Assembly: GCA_041649495.1 (NCBI GenBank)
Contig: JBAZMZ010000003.1
Location: 6,602 to 70,601 of the forward strand
Reading direction: 5' to 3'
DNA from: Minisyncoccota bacterium
Lineage (GTDB): Bacteria; Patescibacteriota; Minisyncoccia; Phycocordibacterales; XYD1-FULL-46-19
Length of the DNA: 64,000 nt
The translations under genes and the position numbers were made by a program. Shown here piece after piece: positions 51,038-59,589 of the stretch. The stretch's first letter is position 1. Every line of letters begins with the position of its first letter. The notes below the pieces were generated by a model. The model was not told the origin of the DNA. It worked only from the letters and a program-made list of their open reading frames with translations, and ran no database searches.

Positions 51038-52228
51038 ATGTCCTCTTCTAGTAAAAAAGACGAGTCTGAGGTTATTGGGATTATTGATTTGGGTAGCGCG
51101 CAAGTGAGCGGGGCGATTATTAAGTTGCAGAAAGATCGCGAGATTGAAAGTGTTTTGGCGCAAACTGATGAAAAAATCACTTACCAGGAATTGCCGGATT
51201 TCCCTCATTTTTGGGAAAAGACCAAACAGGCGATTCAAACAGTTTTGCGAGAGTTACGAGAGGGAACAAAAAATGTCAACACTGGTCAAAGTGGCAAACC
51301 AGAAAATCAGACAATCCGACTCGAGAAAATTTTCATTTTTTTGTCGTCACCTTTTTTCCAATCGCAAACTAAGGTAATTAAAGTCGATAATCCCACTCCG
51401 ATTAAAATTACTAAGAATTATCTGGCTGACTTAATCAAGCAGGCTGATAGTCAAAACAATTTGGGCGAAAATATCGTTATTCTAGAGGACAAAGTGATGC
51501 AGATCAAATTAGACGGCTATCTCACAACCTGGCCAATTGGCCAGAAGGCTAGGGAAGTGGTTTTGAATCGTTTTTTGAGCTGGGCTAACAAAGATTTATT
51601 GATTAATTTGCGCGATTTACTAAAAGCCGAATACGCCGAGGCCTCCGTCATTTTTAATTCCTTTTCTTTTGCGACTTACGATATTTTTAAAGATTTTTTG
51701 CCAGACAAAGATTTTATCTTGCTCGATACCGGCAACGAGATAACCGATGTTTTAGTTATCAAAGATCATGTTCTGGCGGAGCATTTCTCTTTCCCGAAAG
51801 GCAAAAATTATTTGATCCGCGAAGTCACCAAGGCCTTGGGCACGGTTTTGACCGAAGCCGAAACCTCTTTAACCCTTTACGCCACGGGCCAAGCCAATCC
51901 CCAGCTTAAGGTACGGCTTGAACCAGTCTTAACTCAAATTGCCCAATTTTGGCAAGCTGATTTCAAAAAAACTCTAACCCAAACCATCGAGACCACTTTT
52001 TTACCCGAAACGATTTACTTGATTGGCGACGATCCGACCGATAATATCTTCGCTCAATTTATTGACCAAGCCGATTTGAGCGAAGTGACCTTAAGCAACC
52101 ACAAATTAACAGCTATTTTCGTTGAAAAACTCTTAGCCGACGGCTTAACCCACTTGACGGGCCAAGCCCAACCACTTACCAACAGCTGGTTATTGGCTGA
52201 GGCCCTATTCTGTGCTAAACTAATTTAG
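51038..52228 (+). CDS. FtsA-like actin-fold protein
   Basis: IIDLGSAQV, LLDTGNEITD, FPKGKNYL, IYLIG actin-like motifs. Confidence 0.75.
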   Translation: MSSSSKKDESEVIGIIDLGSAQVSGAIIKLQKDREIESVLAQTDEKITYQELPDFPHFWEKTKQAIQTVLRELREGTKNVNTGQSGKPENQTIRLEKIFIFLSSPFFQSQTKVIKVDNPTPIKITKNYLADLIKQADSQNNLGENIVILEDKVMQIKLDGYLTTWPIGQKAREVVLNRFLSWANKDLLINLRDLLKAEYAEASVIFNSFSFATYDIFKDFLPDKDFILLDTGNEITDVLVIKDHVLAEHFSFPKGKNYLIREVTKALGTVLTEAETSLTLYATGQANPQLKVRLEPVLTQIAQFWQADFKKTLTQTIETTFLPETIYLIGDDPTDNIFAQFIDQADLSEVTLSNHKLTAIFVEKLLADGLTHLTGQAQPLTNSWLLAEALFCAKLI

Positions 52229-52269
52229 CCATTATTAATCTTTTCACCTTATTAATTTAATTTTTTATT

Positions 52270-53565
52270 ATGTCAGAAATTAAACCCAAAAAAAGTTTGC
52301 GTGATATTTTTCCCGAGAGTAACCATAGCGACAAACAAGACGAGATTGTGACTAATTATTACACCCCCAACTCTACCGGTGGGGGACGAAGTGGGGCCAA
52401 ATTCCAAGGCTGGTCTCTTAAAATTGTCGGTTTGATTGTAATTCTTTTGATTATTGCGGGCATTGGCTATGGCATTAGTACTCGATTTGCCCATGTTGTA
52501 GTTGAAGTTACCCCCAAACAAGGGCGCTTGCTCATCAGTAACGTTTATGAAGCGACCAGGGGCGGTCAGGCTGGTCTCAAATTTGTTTTGGCTTCCAATC
52601 TGCAAGACGAAGCCACGCTTTCCGTTACGACCACCGGCAAGGAGCAGGTTCAAGACAAAGCTCAGGGTCAGATTATCGTTTATAACAATAATAGCACTCA
52701 GGCCCAACCCCTCGTCGCCACGACTCGCTTCCAAACCTCGGCCGGGCTCGTTTACCGCACTCCCGTCGCCATTACTGTCCCGGGAATGACTAAGGATAGC
52801 TCTGGTCAAATGGTTCCTGGTCAAGTTGAGATTACTGTCGTCGCTGACAAAGCTGGTTCTGAATACAATGTTGGGCCAAGCGATTTCACCATCCCCGGTT
52901 TCAAAGGGAGTCCGAAATTTGATAAATTTTACGCCCGATCGAAGACGGCGATGACCGGTGGTTTCATTGGCGAGCGAGGCAAAGTGTCAGAAACAGACAA
53001 AGCCAAAGCCGAAGTGGATTTGAAAAAGCTCCTCACAACCAAAATTACTCAAAAGCTCAAGCCCCAGATCCCCGACGATTATGTGCTTTTTGACGATGCC
53101 ATTATTATGGATTTCACCGAGAGTATTTTGCCTACGACCGACACGCCAGACAAGGCCACTTTCAAAATGACGGTTAACGCCACGGGGATCCTCCTCAACA
53201 AAGGGGAATTGAGCCAATACCTGGCCAAGCAACAGGTTCCCGATTATCAAGACGAGCCGGTCAACATTACCAATTGGTCCCAACTCAAATTTACGCTCCA
53301 AAATAAGGATGATTTGAACCTCGGCAATCTCGAGAAAATTAGCTTCAAGCTTGAGGGTAATGGCCATTTGGTTTGGTCTTTCGACGAAAATAGCCTGAAA
53401 AATAAGCTCCGTTTAGCCACTGACGACAATTATCAAGCCATTTTTGACAAGGATTTTCCCACTATTCAGACCGCCAGCCTCGTCTTCTCGCCACCCTGGA
53501 TTAGGAGTATCCCCACCGACGAGTCGAAAATCGCAATTAAGGTTGAGGTGACAGAATCTCAATAA
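52270..53565 (+). CDS. Membrane-anchored protein with baseplate J-like beta domain
   Basis: AQGQIIVYN, TRFQTSAGLVY, VVADKAGSEYN, MTGG. Confidence 0.7.
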   Translation: MSEIKPKKSLRDIFPESNHSDKQDEIVTNYYTPNSTGGGRSGAKFQGWSLKIVGLIVILLIIAGIGYGISTRFAHVVVEVTPKQGRLLISNVYEATRGGQAGLKFVLASNLQDEATLSVTTTGKEQVQDKAQGQIIVYNNNSTQAQPLVATTRFQTSAGLVYRTPVAITVPGMTKDSSGQMVPGQVEITVVADKAGSEYNVGPSDFTIPGFKGSPKFDKFYARSKTAMTGGFIGERGKVSETDKAKAEVDLKKLLTTKITQKLKPQIPDDYVLFDDAIIMDFTESILPTTDTPDKATFKMTVNATGILLNKGELSQYLAKQQVPDYQDEPVNITNWSQLKFTLQNKDDLNLGNLEKISFKLEGNGHLVWSFDENSLKNKLRLATDDNYQAIFDKDFPTIQTASLVFSPPWIRSIPTDESKIAIKVEVTESQ

Positions 53566-53579
53566 AAGTCTTAAGTGGC

Positions 53580-53609
53580 TTGACTTGTGACCGATTAATT
53601 TGCTAGGAT
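53580..53609 (+). promoter_or_regulatory. Sigma70-like promoter for the infA-alpha operon
   Basis: TTGACT-N18-TAGGAT with extended TG. Confidence 0.45.
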
Positions 53610-53628
53610 AAACAGGTCAGAATTGGCA

Positions 53629-53844
53629 ATGGATAAAGTTGAAAAAAAAGAAACGATCAACGGTGTAGTAACCGAGGCTTTGCCTAATGCCCAATTTCGA
53701 GTCAATATCGGCGAAGGAGGAGAAGTGCTGGCTTATTTAGCTGGCCGAATGCGCCTTCATCGCATCCGTGTCCTAGTGGGTGACAAAGTAGAGCTCGTCC
53801 TTGACGACTACGGCGGTCGAGGTCGGATCACTCGGCGTTCCTAA
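53629..53844 (+). CDS. infA: Translation initiation factor IF-1
   Basis: GVVTEALPNAQFRV..AGRMR..IRVLVGDKV. Confidence 0.95.
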   Translation: MDKVEKKETINGVVTEALPNAQFRVNIGEGGEVLAYLAGRMRLHRIRVLVGDKVELVLDDYGGRGRITRRS

Positions 53845-53859
53845 GTTAGAAAATTTTTT

Positions 53860-53976
53860 ATGAAAATCAGATCAACCATCAAAAAAAGATGCGCTAAATG
53901 CAAAATGGTCAAACGCCGAGGCCATCTTTATATTATTTGCCCCAGTAAACCCCGCCACAAGCAAAAACAAGCTTAA
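53860..53976 (+). CDS. rpmJ: 50S ribosomal protein L36
   Basis: MKIRSTIKKRCAKCKMVKRRGHLYIICPSKPRHKQKQA (manual translation). Confidence 0.95.
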   Translation: MKIRSTIKKRCAKCKMVKRRGHLYIICPSKPRHKQKQA

Positions 53977-53982
53977 ATCGTT

Positions 53983-54363
53983 ATGCGTATTGCCGGTATC
54001 AACATCCCCGATAATAAACGTCTCGAATACGCCCTAACGGCGATTTATGGTATTGGTTTGGTGCGTGCTCGCCGAATTTTGGCCGAAGCTAAGGTCGCCG
54101 TTGACAAACGCGGACCCGACGTAACCGCCGAAGAAGAAAATCGCATCCGTAAAGTTGTTGACAGCTACAAGATTGAGGGCGACTTAAAACGTGAAATCTC
54201 GGGCAATATCAAACGACTTAAAGATATCAAGAGTTATCGTGGCTCCCGCCATGCGCGTGGTTTACCTAGTCGAGGTCAACGAACCAAGACTAATTCGCGA
54301 ACACGTCGGGGCAACGTCCGCAAGACCATAGGTTCAGGTAAGCGCAAGGTAGATAAAAAATAG
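53983..54363 (+). CDS. rpsM: 30S ribosomal protein S13
   Basis: RIAGINIP, YRGSRH..GLPSRGQRTKTN. Confidence 0.97.
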   Translation: MRIAGINIPDNKRLEYALTAIYGIGLVRARRILAEAKVAVDKRGPDVTAEEENRIRKVVDSYKIEGDLKREISGNIKRLKDIKSYRGSRHARGLPSRGQRTKTNSRTRRGNVRKTIGSGKRKVDKK

Positions 54364-54387
54364 TATTTAGTATTTTGTATATAGCAT

Positions 54388-54816
54388 ATGGGAAAGAAAA
54401 GAATTATCAAAAAATCAGGCCAAACATCAACCGGCAAAACCGCAGGGAGTTCTCGCGTACCCAAGAAAAAGTTGGAACGAGCGATTTTGCATATCGAGGC
54501 CACCTACAATAACACCAAATTGAATTTAACTGATCCCGAAGGTGGTTCGCTGGTCTGGTCTTCGAGCGGATCGCTTGGCTATTCCGGCTCCAAGAAGGGG
54601 ACACCATTTGCCGCCGGCAAGGTGGGCGACTTGATTGCTGACAAAGCCATCAGTATGGGGGTTAAAGATATTGAGGTGATAATTCGAGGGGTTGGTGCTG
54701 GTCGTGAGGGCGCGATGCGCGCGGTCGCGGCCAAAGGCCTTAATATTGCCTCGATTAAAGATCGAACCCCGGTTCCGTTTAATGGCCCCAAGGCGCCTAA
54801 GCCAAGACGAGTCTAA
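54388..54816 (+). CDS. rpsK: 30S ribosomal protein S11
   Basis: ATYNNT, KKGTPFAA, DRTPVPFNG. Confidence 0.97.
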   Translation: MGKKRIIKKSGQTSTGKTAGSSRVPKKKLERAILHIEATYNNTKLNLTDPEGGSLVWSSSGSLGYSGSKKGTPFAAGKVGDLIADKAISMGVKDIEVIIRGVGAGREGAMRAVAAKGLNIASIKDRTPVPFNGPKAPKPRRV

Positions 54817-54825
54817 AAAAATATT

Positions 54826-55440
54826 ATGAAACTAGGACCAAAATTTAAAATTTGTCGACGGGTAGGTGATCGCGTGTTTGGTAAATGCCAAGGCACTAAA
54901 TTTACCGTCTCTGGGACCGAAGCGGTTCGTCGTGGTGGCAAACATCCCAAGCGTCAACCGTCCGAATACGCGATGCAACTTTTGGAGAAACAAAAAGCTC
55001 GTTATACTTATGGTTTAACCGAGCGACAATTCGGCAATTATGCCCGCGCCGTCCGTCTCAAACATGGAGGCGACCACGTCACGTTATTGTTCAAAAAACT
55101 TGAGTCTCGTTTAGACAACATTGTTTATCGTCTGGGTTTGACCAATTCCCGCCAAGCTTCCCGTCAAGCCGTCGCCCATGGCCATTTCTTGGTCAATGGT
55201 CGCAAAGTTCGAGTCCCTTCGATTTTATTGAAAACCGGCGACAAGATTGCGATTCGACCGGCCAGTCAAAACAAAGGTATTTTTGCCAATCTCGGCGAAA
55301 AAATTCAGGGCCATCAAACCCCTGAATGGCTATCGTTTGATGTCGAAACCTTAACCGGCCTCGTCAAGGGCGAACCGGTCAAAGGTCAAAGCGATGCCAC
55401 CATCGATTTTAGTTCCATTTTGGAATTTTATAGTCGTTAA
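54826..55440 (+). CDS. rpsD: 30S ribosomal protein S4
   Basis: SEYAMQLLEKQK, LESRLDNIVYR, EFYSR. Confidence 0.97.
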   Translation: MKLGPKFKICRRVGDRVFGKCQGTKFTVSGTEAVRRGGKHPKRQPSEYAMQLLEKQKARYTYGLTERQFGNYARAVRLKHGGDHVTLLFKKLESRLDNIVYRLGLTNSRQASRQAVAHGHFLVNGRKVRVPSILLKTGDKIAIRPASQNKGIFANLGEKIQGHQTPEWLSFDVETLTGLVKGEPVKGQSDATIDFSSILEFYSR

Positions 55441-55494
55441 AAAGTTTATCCATATTACCAATAGGTCATTTAGTTTGAATAAACAATAAATATT

Positions 55495-56454
55495 ATGATA
55501 GATTTCAACATCATCTTCCCATCCAAGCCTCGCATTGTTAGCGAATCCGCCGAGGGCGGTATTTACGAGATCGAGGGTCTCTACCCTGGCTATGGTCACA
55601 CCTTGGGTAATTCTTTGCGCCGAATTATCTTATCGTCTTTGCCGGGTTGGGCGATCACCTCAATCAAAATCGACGGGGTTAATCATGAGTTTTCCTCAAT
55701 TGCTGGCGTTAAAGAGGACATGATCAATGTTATTTTAAATCTAAAAAAAGTCCGTTTCAACGTCGTCGGTGACGAAAGCCAAGTAATTAAATTCCATTTC
55801 AAGGGTGGCAAGGAGGCCACCGCCAAGGATCTCGAGGTCCCCGGCCAAGTTGAAGTTATTAATCCTGAACAATATATTGCTAATGTCTCCGACAAAAGTG
55901 CTTCGCTCGACGGAGAACTAACAATTGAAAAAGGGATCGGTTATATTCCCAGCGAAACCCTCAAGAAAGACAAGGTGGAGATTGGTTCAATCGTTTTAGA
56001 TGCCGCCTTCACCCCAATCAAGAAAGCTAATTACGAGGTTGAAAATATGCGCGTTGGCAATCGAACTGATTTCAACAAATTGATTCTTCATATCGAAACT
56101 GATGGCACCATTTCGCCCCACGAAGCGTTAGAAAAGAGTATTTACATTATGATTGAACAACTCAAGGCGATTGTTGGCTTCAAAGAAGAGGCGGTTGAAG
56201 AAATCAAAACCAAAGACGATAAAAAAGTGACCGAAACCGACAAAGAAGAGGAGGCCGACATTTTGAAAACCAAGATTGAGGACCTCGGACTCTCGGTTCG
56301 CACCCAAAAAGCCCTTACTAATGCCGGCGTTCGAACCGTCGGGGGCCTCGGTCGTAAGAAGGAGGCCGATGTTAAAGAAATTGAAGGTTTGGGCGATAAA
56401 GGTTTACAAGAAATCAAAAAAGTGTTAGAAGAGTATGGTCTAACCCTAAAATAA
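55495..56454 (+). CDS. rpoA: RNA polymerase subunit alpha
   Basis: GYGHTLGNSLRRIILSS, alpha-CTD LGLSVRT. Confidence 0.97.
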   Translation: MIDFNIIFPSKPRIVSESAEGGIYEIEGLYPGYGHTLGNSLRRIILSSLPGWAITSIKIDGVNHEFSSIAGVKEDMINVILNLKKVRFNVVGDESQVIKFHFKGGKEATAKDLEVPGQVEVINPEQYIANVSDKSASLDGELTIEKGIGYIPSETLKKDKVEIGSIVLDAAFTPIKKANYEVENMRVGNRTDFNKLILHIETDGTISPHEALEKSIYIMIEQLKAIVGFKEEAVEEIKTKDDKKVTETDKEEEADILKTKIEDLGLSVRTQKALTNAGVRTVGGLGRKKEADVKEIEGLGDKGLQEIKKVLEEYGLTLK

Positions 56455-56460
56455 GTTATT

Positions 56461-56814
56461 ATGCGTCACCAAGTTAAAGGCCGAAAATTCAATCGTGTTA
56501 AGAAGGTTCGCACCGCTTTAGTGCGTTCTTTGGCGAGTAGCTTAATTTTACGCGAGAAGATCAGGACCACTGAGCCCAAAGCCAAAGAAATTCGACCTTA
56601 CGTTGAAAAATTGGTGACCAAAGCCAAGAAAGACACCCTGACCAATCGTCGTAATGTGATCGAGAAAATCGGCCAGAACAAAGAAGTTATCACTAAATTG
56701 TTCGGCGAATTAGGCCCTCGTTTTGAGAAAAAGGCTGGCGGTTATACCCGAATTACTAAACTTGGTCGACGAATTAGCGATGGGAGCGCCATGGCGGTAA
56801 TTGAATTTATTTAG
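56461..56814 (+). CDS. rplQ: 50S ribosomal protein L17
   Basis: MRH, IRTTEPKAKE, GGYTRI. Confidence 0.97.
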   Translation: MRHQVKGRKFNRVKKVRTALVRSLASSLILREKIRTTEPKAKEIRPYVEKLVTKAKKDTLTNRRNVIEKIGQNKEVITKLFGELGPRFEKKAGGYTRITKLGRRISDGSAMAVIEFI

Positions 56815-56851
56815 CCGATGCGAATTTACGAATAATGCGAATGATACGAAT

Positions 56852-57217
56852 ATGAAAAAAGAAGTAGAGAAAAAAGAATACACCATAGATGCCACTGGCA
56901 AAGCGCTGGGGAGGGTCGCGACGGAAGCGGCCAATCTTTTGCGGGGCAAAAATACGACCTCGTTTGTTAAAAATCTTGCACCCAAAGTGACAGTCAAGAT
57001 TACCAACGCGAGCAAATTAGATGTGACCCAAAAGAAAATGCGCGAGAAGATTTATACTCATTATACTGGCCATCCAGGTGGCTTACGAAAGACCTCCTTA
57101 ACTCGAATGGTTGAAAACAAGGGTTGGGCCGAACCAATCAAAAAAGCCGTTTTTGGCATGTTGCCCGCTAATCGTCTGCGTGCCGTAATTATAAAAAACT
57201 TAATCATTACTGATTAG
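56852..57217 (+). CDS. rplM: 50S ribosomal protein L13
   Basis: IDATGKALGRVA, HYTGHPGGL, AVFGMLP; ATG at 56852. Confidence 0.96.
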   Translation: MKKEVEKKEYTIDATGKALGRVATEAANLLRGKNTTSFVKNLAPKVTVKITNASKLDVTQKKMREKIYTHYTGHPGGLRKTSLTRMVENKGWAEPIKKAVFGMLPANRLRAVIIKNLIITD

Positions 57218-57244
57218 CGCAATCCGAATCCACAAATAAAAAAT

Positions 57245-57655
57245 ATGCCAACTAAAGAAAACAAGGAGAAATACTATGAGGGAGTGGGCCGACGCAAAAC
57301 GGCGACCGCGCGGGTTCGAATTACTCCGGCGAACAAAGACAGTTTTGAAATCAACGACCAAAAGCTCGAGGCCTATTTCCCAACTATCGAAATGCGCGAA
57401 CGAGTCAAAAAAGCGTTAGCCAAAATTGGTGAACATGGCACTTTTGCCGTTACGGTTAAGTCCAACGGTGGGGGAATTAGTGGCCAAACCGATGCGGTAA
57501 TTATGGGCCTCGGCCGAGCCATCATCGCTCATAAGCCAGAAACTAAGCCGGAGATGAAGAAGGAGGGGATGACTACCCGCGACGACCGCGCCAAAGAACG
57601 TCGCAAATTCGGCCTCAAAAAAGCCCGCAAATCTCCACAGTGGAGCAAACGTTAA
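57245..57655 (+). CDS. rpsI: 30S ribosomal protein S9
   Basis: GRRKTATARV, GGGISGQ, KARKSPQWSKR. Confidence 0.97.
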   Translation: MPTKENKEKYYEGVGRRKTATARVRITPANKDSFEINDQKLEAYFPTIEMRERVKKALAKIGEHGTFAVTVKSNGGGISGQTDAVIMGLGRAIIAHKPETKPEMKKEGMTTRDDRAKERRKFGLKKARKSPQWSKR

Positions 57656-57743
57656 ACCCGAATTTCCCCAAAAAACTCTTCCGCAAAAATCTCCAAACTC
57701 TTGGGGGTTTTTGCTTTTTATCCAATCTATGCAATAATACTGT

Positions 57744-57949
57744 TAGACAACTCCTGCTTTCTGCCTCAAGTCTTCGGACAGAAACCCACCTTTTTGTGGG
57801 TAGGTTGGGCGAGAAAAGGGCCCCTTTGTGGATGCCCCCCTCGCCACAGGCGGATCGTATTCCACGTCCCGTTTCTGCACGATTCGCGCCGGGGATGTAA
57901 AAAAGGGAGTTGTTTAGGGGGTGTGCCGTTCGCGGCCCCCCGTTTTTTT
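57744..57949 (+). ncRNA. Candidate multibranch structured ncRNA with terminator
   Basis: Closing stem 57744-57754/57906-57916, four internal hairpins, then a GC hairpin with T7. Confidence 0.35.
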
Positions 57950-57987
57950 ATCCCCAGCAAACCACACTTACCCCCACATTACCAATG

Positions 57988-58028
57988 TATCGAAGTCGAA
58001 CTTCGGAAGTATGGTAAAAAGTGGATAA
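57988..58028. repeat. REP-like element flanking the RAYT (copy 1)
   Basis: TATCGAAGTCGAACTTCGGAAGTATGGTAAAAAGTGGATAA, identical to 58770-58810. Confidence 0.92.
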
Positions 58029-58065
58029 TTAGAAAAAGTCTTAAGATCTATTATCAAACCCGAGG

Positions 58066-58743
58066 CTATTCAAACGACAAATGGCCAAGATCCGAAAAGT
58101 CTAAATCTTTTAACCACCTTATCAAATCTTCTTCTGAAAAATCAATGTCAAAACTTGGAAGAAATTCTTTGTTGAGAGTCTTAGAATAATAATTTTGGCC
58201 ACAATAATCAGCCAAGCTGGACCATCGATAACTTAGCAGAAAGTGAGCTGCTCGTTCCCAATCAGAAATCTCCCTTTCCTTCCAATTACTTTCTATCAAA
58301 TCCAAAGGATTAAAATGGATATAAAAAGGCAAATAAGTTAAATATTCCTCATCTTCGATCAACACCGATTTAAATTTACCCTGAAAAAGCGGGCCCACAC
58401 GCTCATGTTTGATATTAAAATAATTAGTATAGCCAGTGCCCATTTTTCGCATGAATTCCGTTAAACCATTTTCAACCAAGGGTCGGACAATCAGATGGAA
58501 ATGGTTAGGCATCATAACAAAAGCCAAAATATCAACCATGCGATCTCGATTGTCTTTATCCTCCAAACGAGTTTGTCCACAAACACGGCTATTCTCAACT
58601 GGTCTAGCATCGTTATACAAAAAAAGACTGTCGGCAAAACGAGAGCGATCAACATTATCAACAAAAATATCCCTTTTTTCCACCCCTCGGTTGAAGACAT
58701 GAAAAATGCCACCAAAATCAGTTTCCTCCATTTTAACCTCCAT
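58066..58743 (-). mobile_element. REP-associated tyrosine transposase (RAYT, Y1 HUH, IS200-like)
   Basis: FHVFNRGVEKRDIF, HUH motif MPNHFHL, LFQGKFKS, YIHFNP, YRWSS; flanked by palindromic repeats. Confidence 0.9.
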
Positions 58744-58769
58744 ATGACCTATATAATGTCTTGAAATAC

Positions 58770-58861
58770 TATCGAAGTCGAACTTCGGAAGTATGGTAAA
58801 AAGTGGATAAGTCAGCAAAAAGACTAAAAAACCCTTATTTATCGGAAGTCGAACTTCGATA
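58770..58861. repeat. REP-like elements flanking the RAYT (copies 2 and 3)
   Basis: 41-bp copy at 58770-58810; GAAGTCGAACTTC again at 58845-58857. Confidence 0.92.
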
Positions 58862-58896
58862 TTGCAAGGTAAAATTATGGTGGTATAATAACCACC

Positions 58897-59460
58897 ATGG
58901 ACAAAAAATCTGACGTTGACATTGAATTTGAGGAGAATACTGAAGATCGAGCGCCAGAAGGGGCAGATTTGGCCGAAAAATTGAAGAGATTAAGAGCTGA
59001 GGTCAAAACCTGCCACACTGAACGCGCCGAATATCTAGCTGGCTGGCAGAGAGCCAAGGCGGACTATCTGAACCTTAAAAAAGAGCAGGAGGAGAATCGC
59101 CACGAGATTGGCCGTTGGGCTAAGGAAGGGGTACTAACTGACCTTTTCATCATCGCCGACAGTTTCGAAATGGCTTTTGGCAACAAAGAGGCTTGGGAGC
59201 AGGCACCAGAGAATTGGCGCAAAGGCATTGAGTACATCTACAATCAACTCCAAACCATTTTCCGCGATCACGGTGTCGAAGAGATCAGTCCGAAGATTGG
59301 TGACAAATTTAATCACGCCGAGCAAGAACCAATTGGCACGGTCCCAACCGAAAGCGAAGCTGAAGATGACGAGATTGCCGAGGTAATTAAAAAAGGTTAC
59401 AAATTGCACGGCAAGATCGTAAGACCAGCTAGTGTTAGGGTAAAACACTTCTCAAAATAA
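58897..59460 (+). CDS. grpE: Nucleotide exchange factor GrpE
   Basis: QRAKADYLN, KKGYKLHGKIVRPASV. Confidence 0.95.
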   Translation: MDKKSDVDIEFEENTEDRAPEGADLAEKLKRLRAEVKTCHTERAEYLAGWQRAKADYLNLKKEQEENRHEIGRWAKEGVLTDLFIIADSFEMAFGNKEAWEQAPENWRKGIEYIYNQLQTIFRDHGVEEISPKIGDKFNHAEQEPIGTVPTESEAEDDEIAEVIKKGYKLHGKIVRPASVRVKHFSK

Positions 59461-59589
59461 ATTCGAAATTACAAACACTAAATCCAAAACAAATATTAAA
59501 TATGAAATCGCAAATTATAAACGAAAAGTTTCAAATTTGAAAATTTGTTTAGAGTTTAGAAATTATTATTTATAATTTAAATTAATATT

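Noticed and set aside
52270-53565. Baseplate J-like gene as prophage evidence
   Set aside because: It is membrane-anchored, sits among core genes, and no other phage genes are present.
56801-56851. N-terminal extension of L13
   Set aside because: It overlaps rplQ and the 40-bp repeat motif; ATG 56852 fits L13.
57701-58189. 162-aa plus-strand ORF and other short antisense or overlapping ORFs in the track
   Set aside because: Shadow frames over structured DNA or over confidently identified genes, with no motifs.
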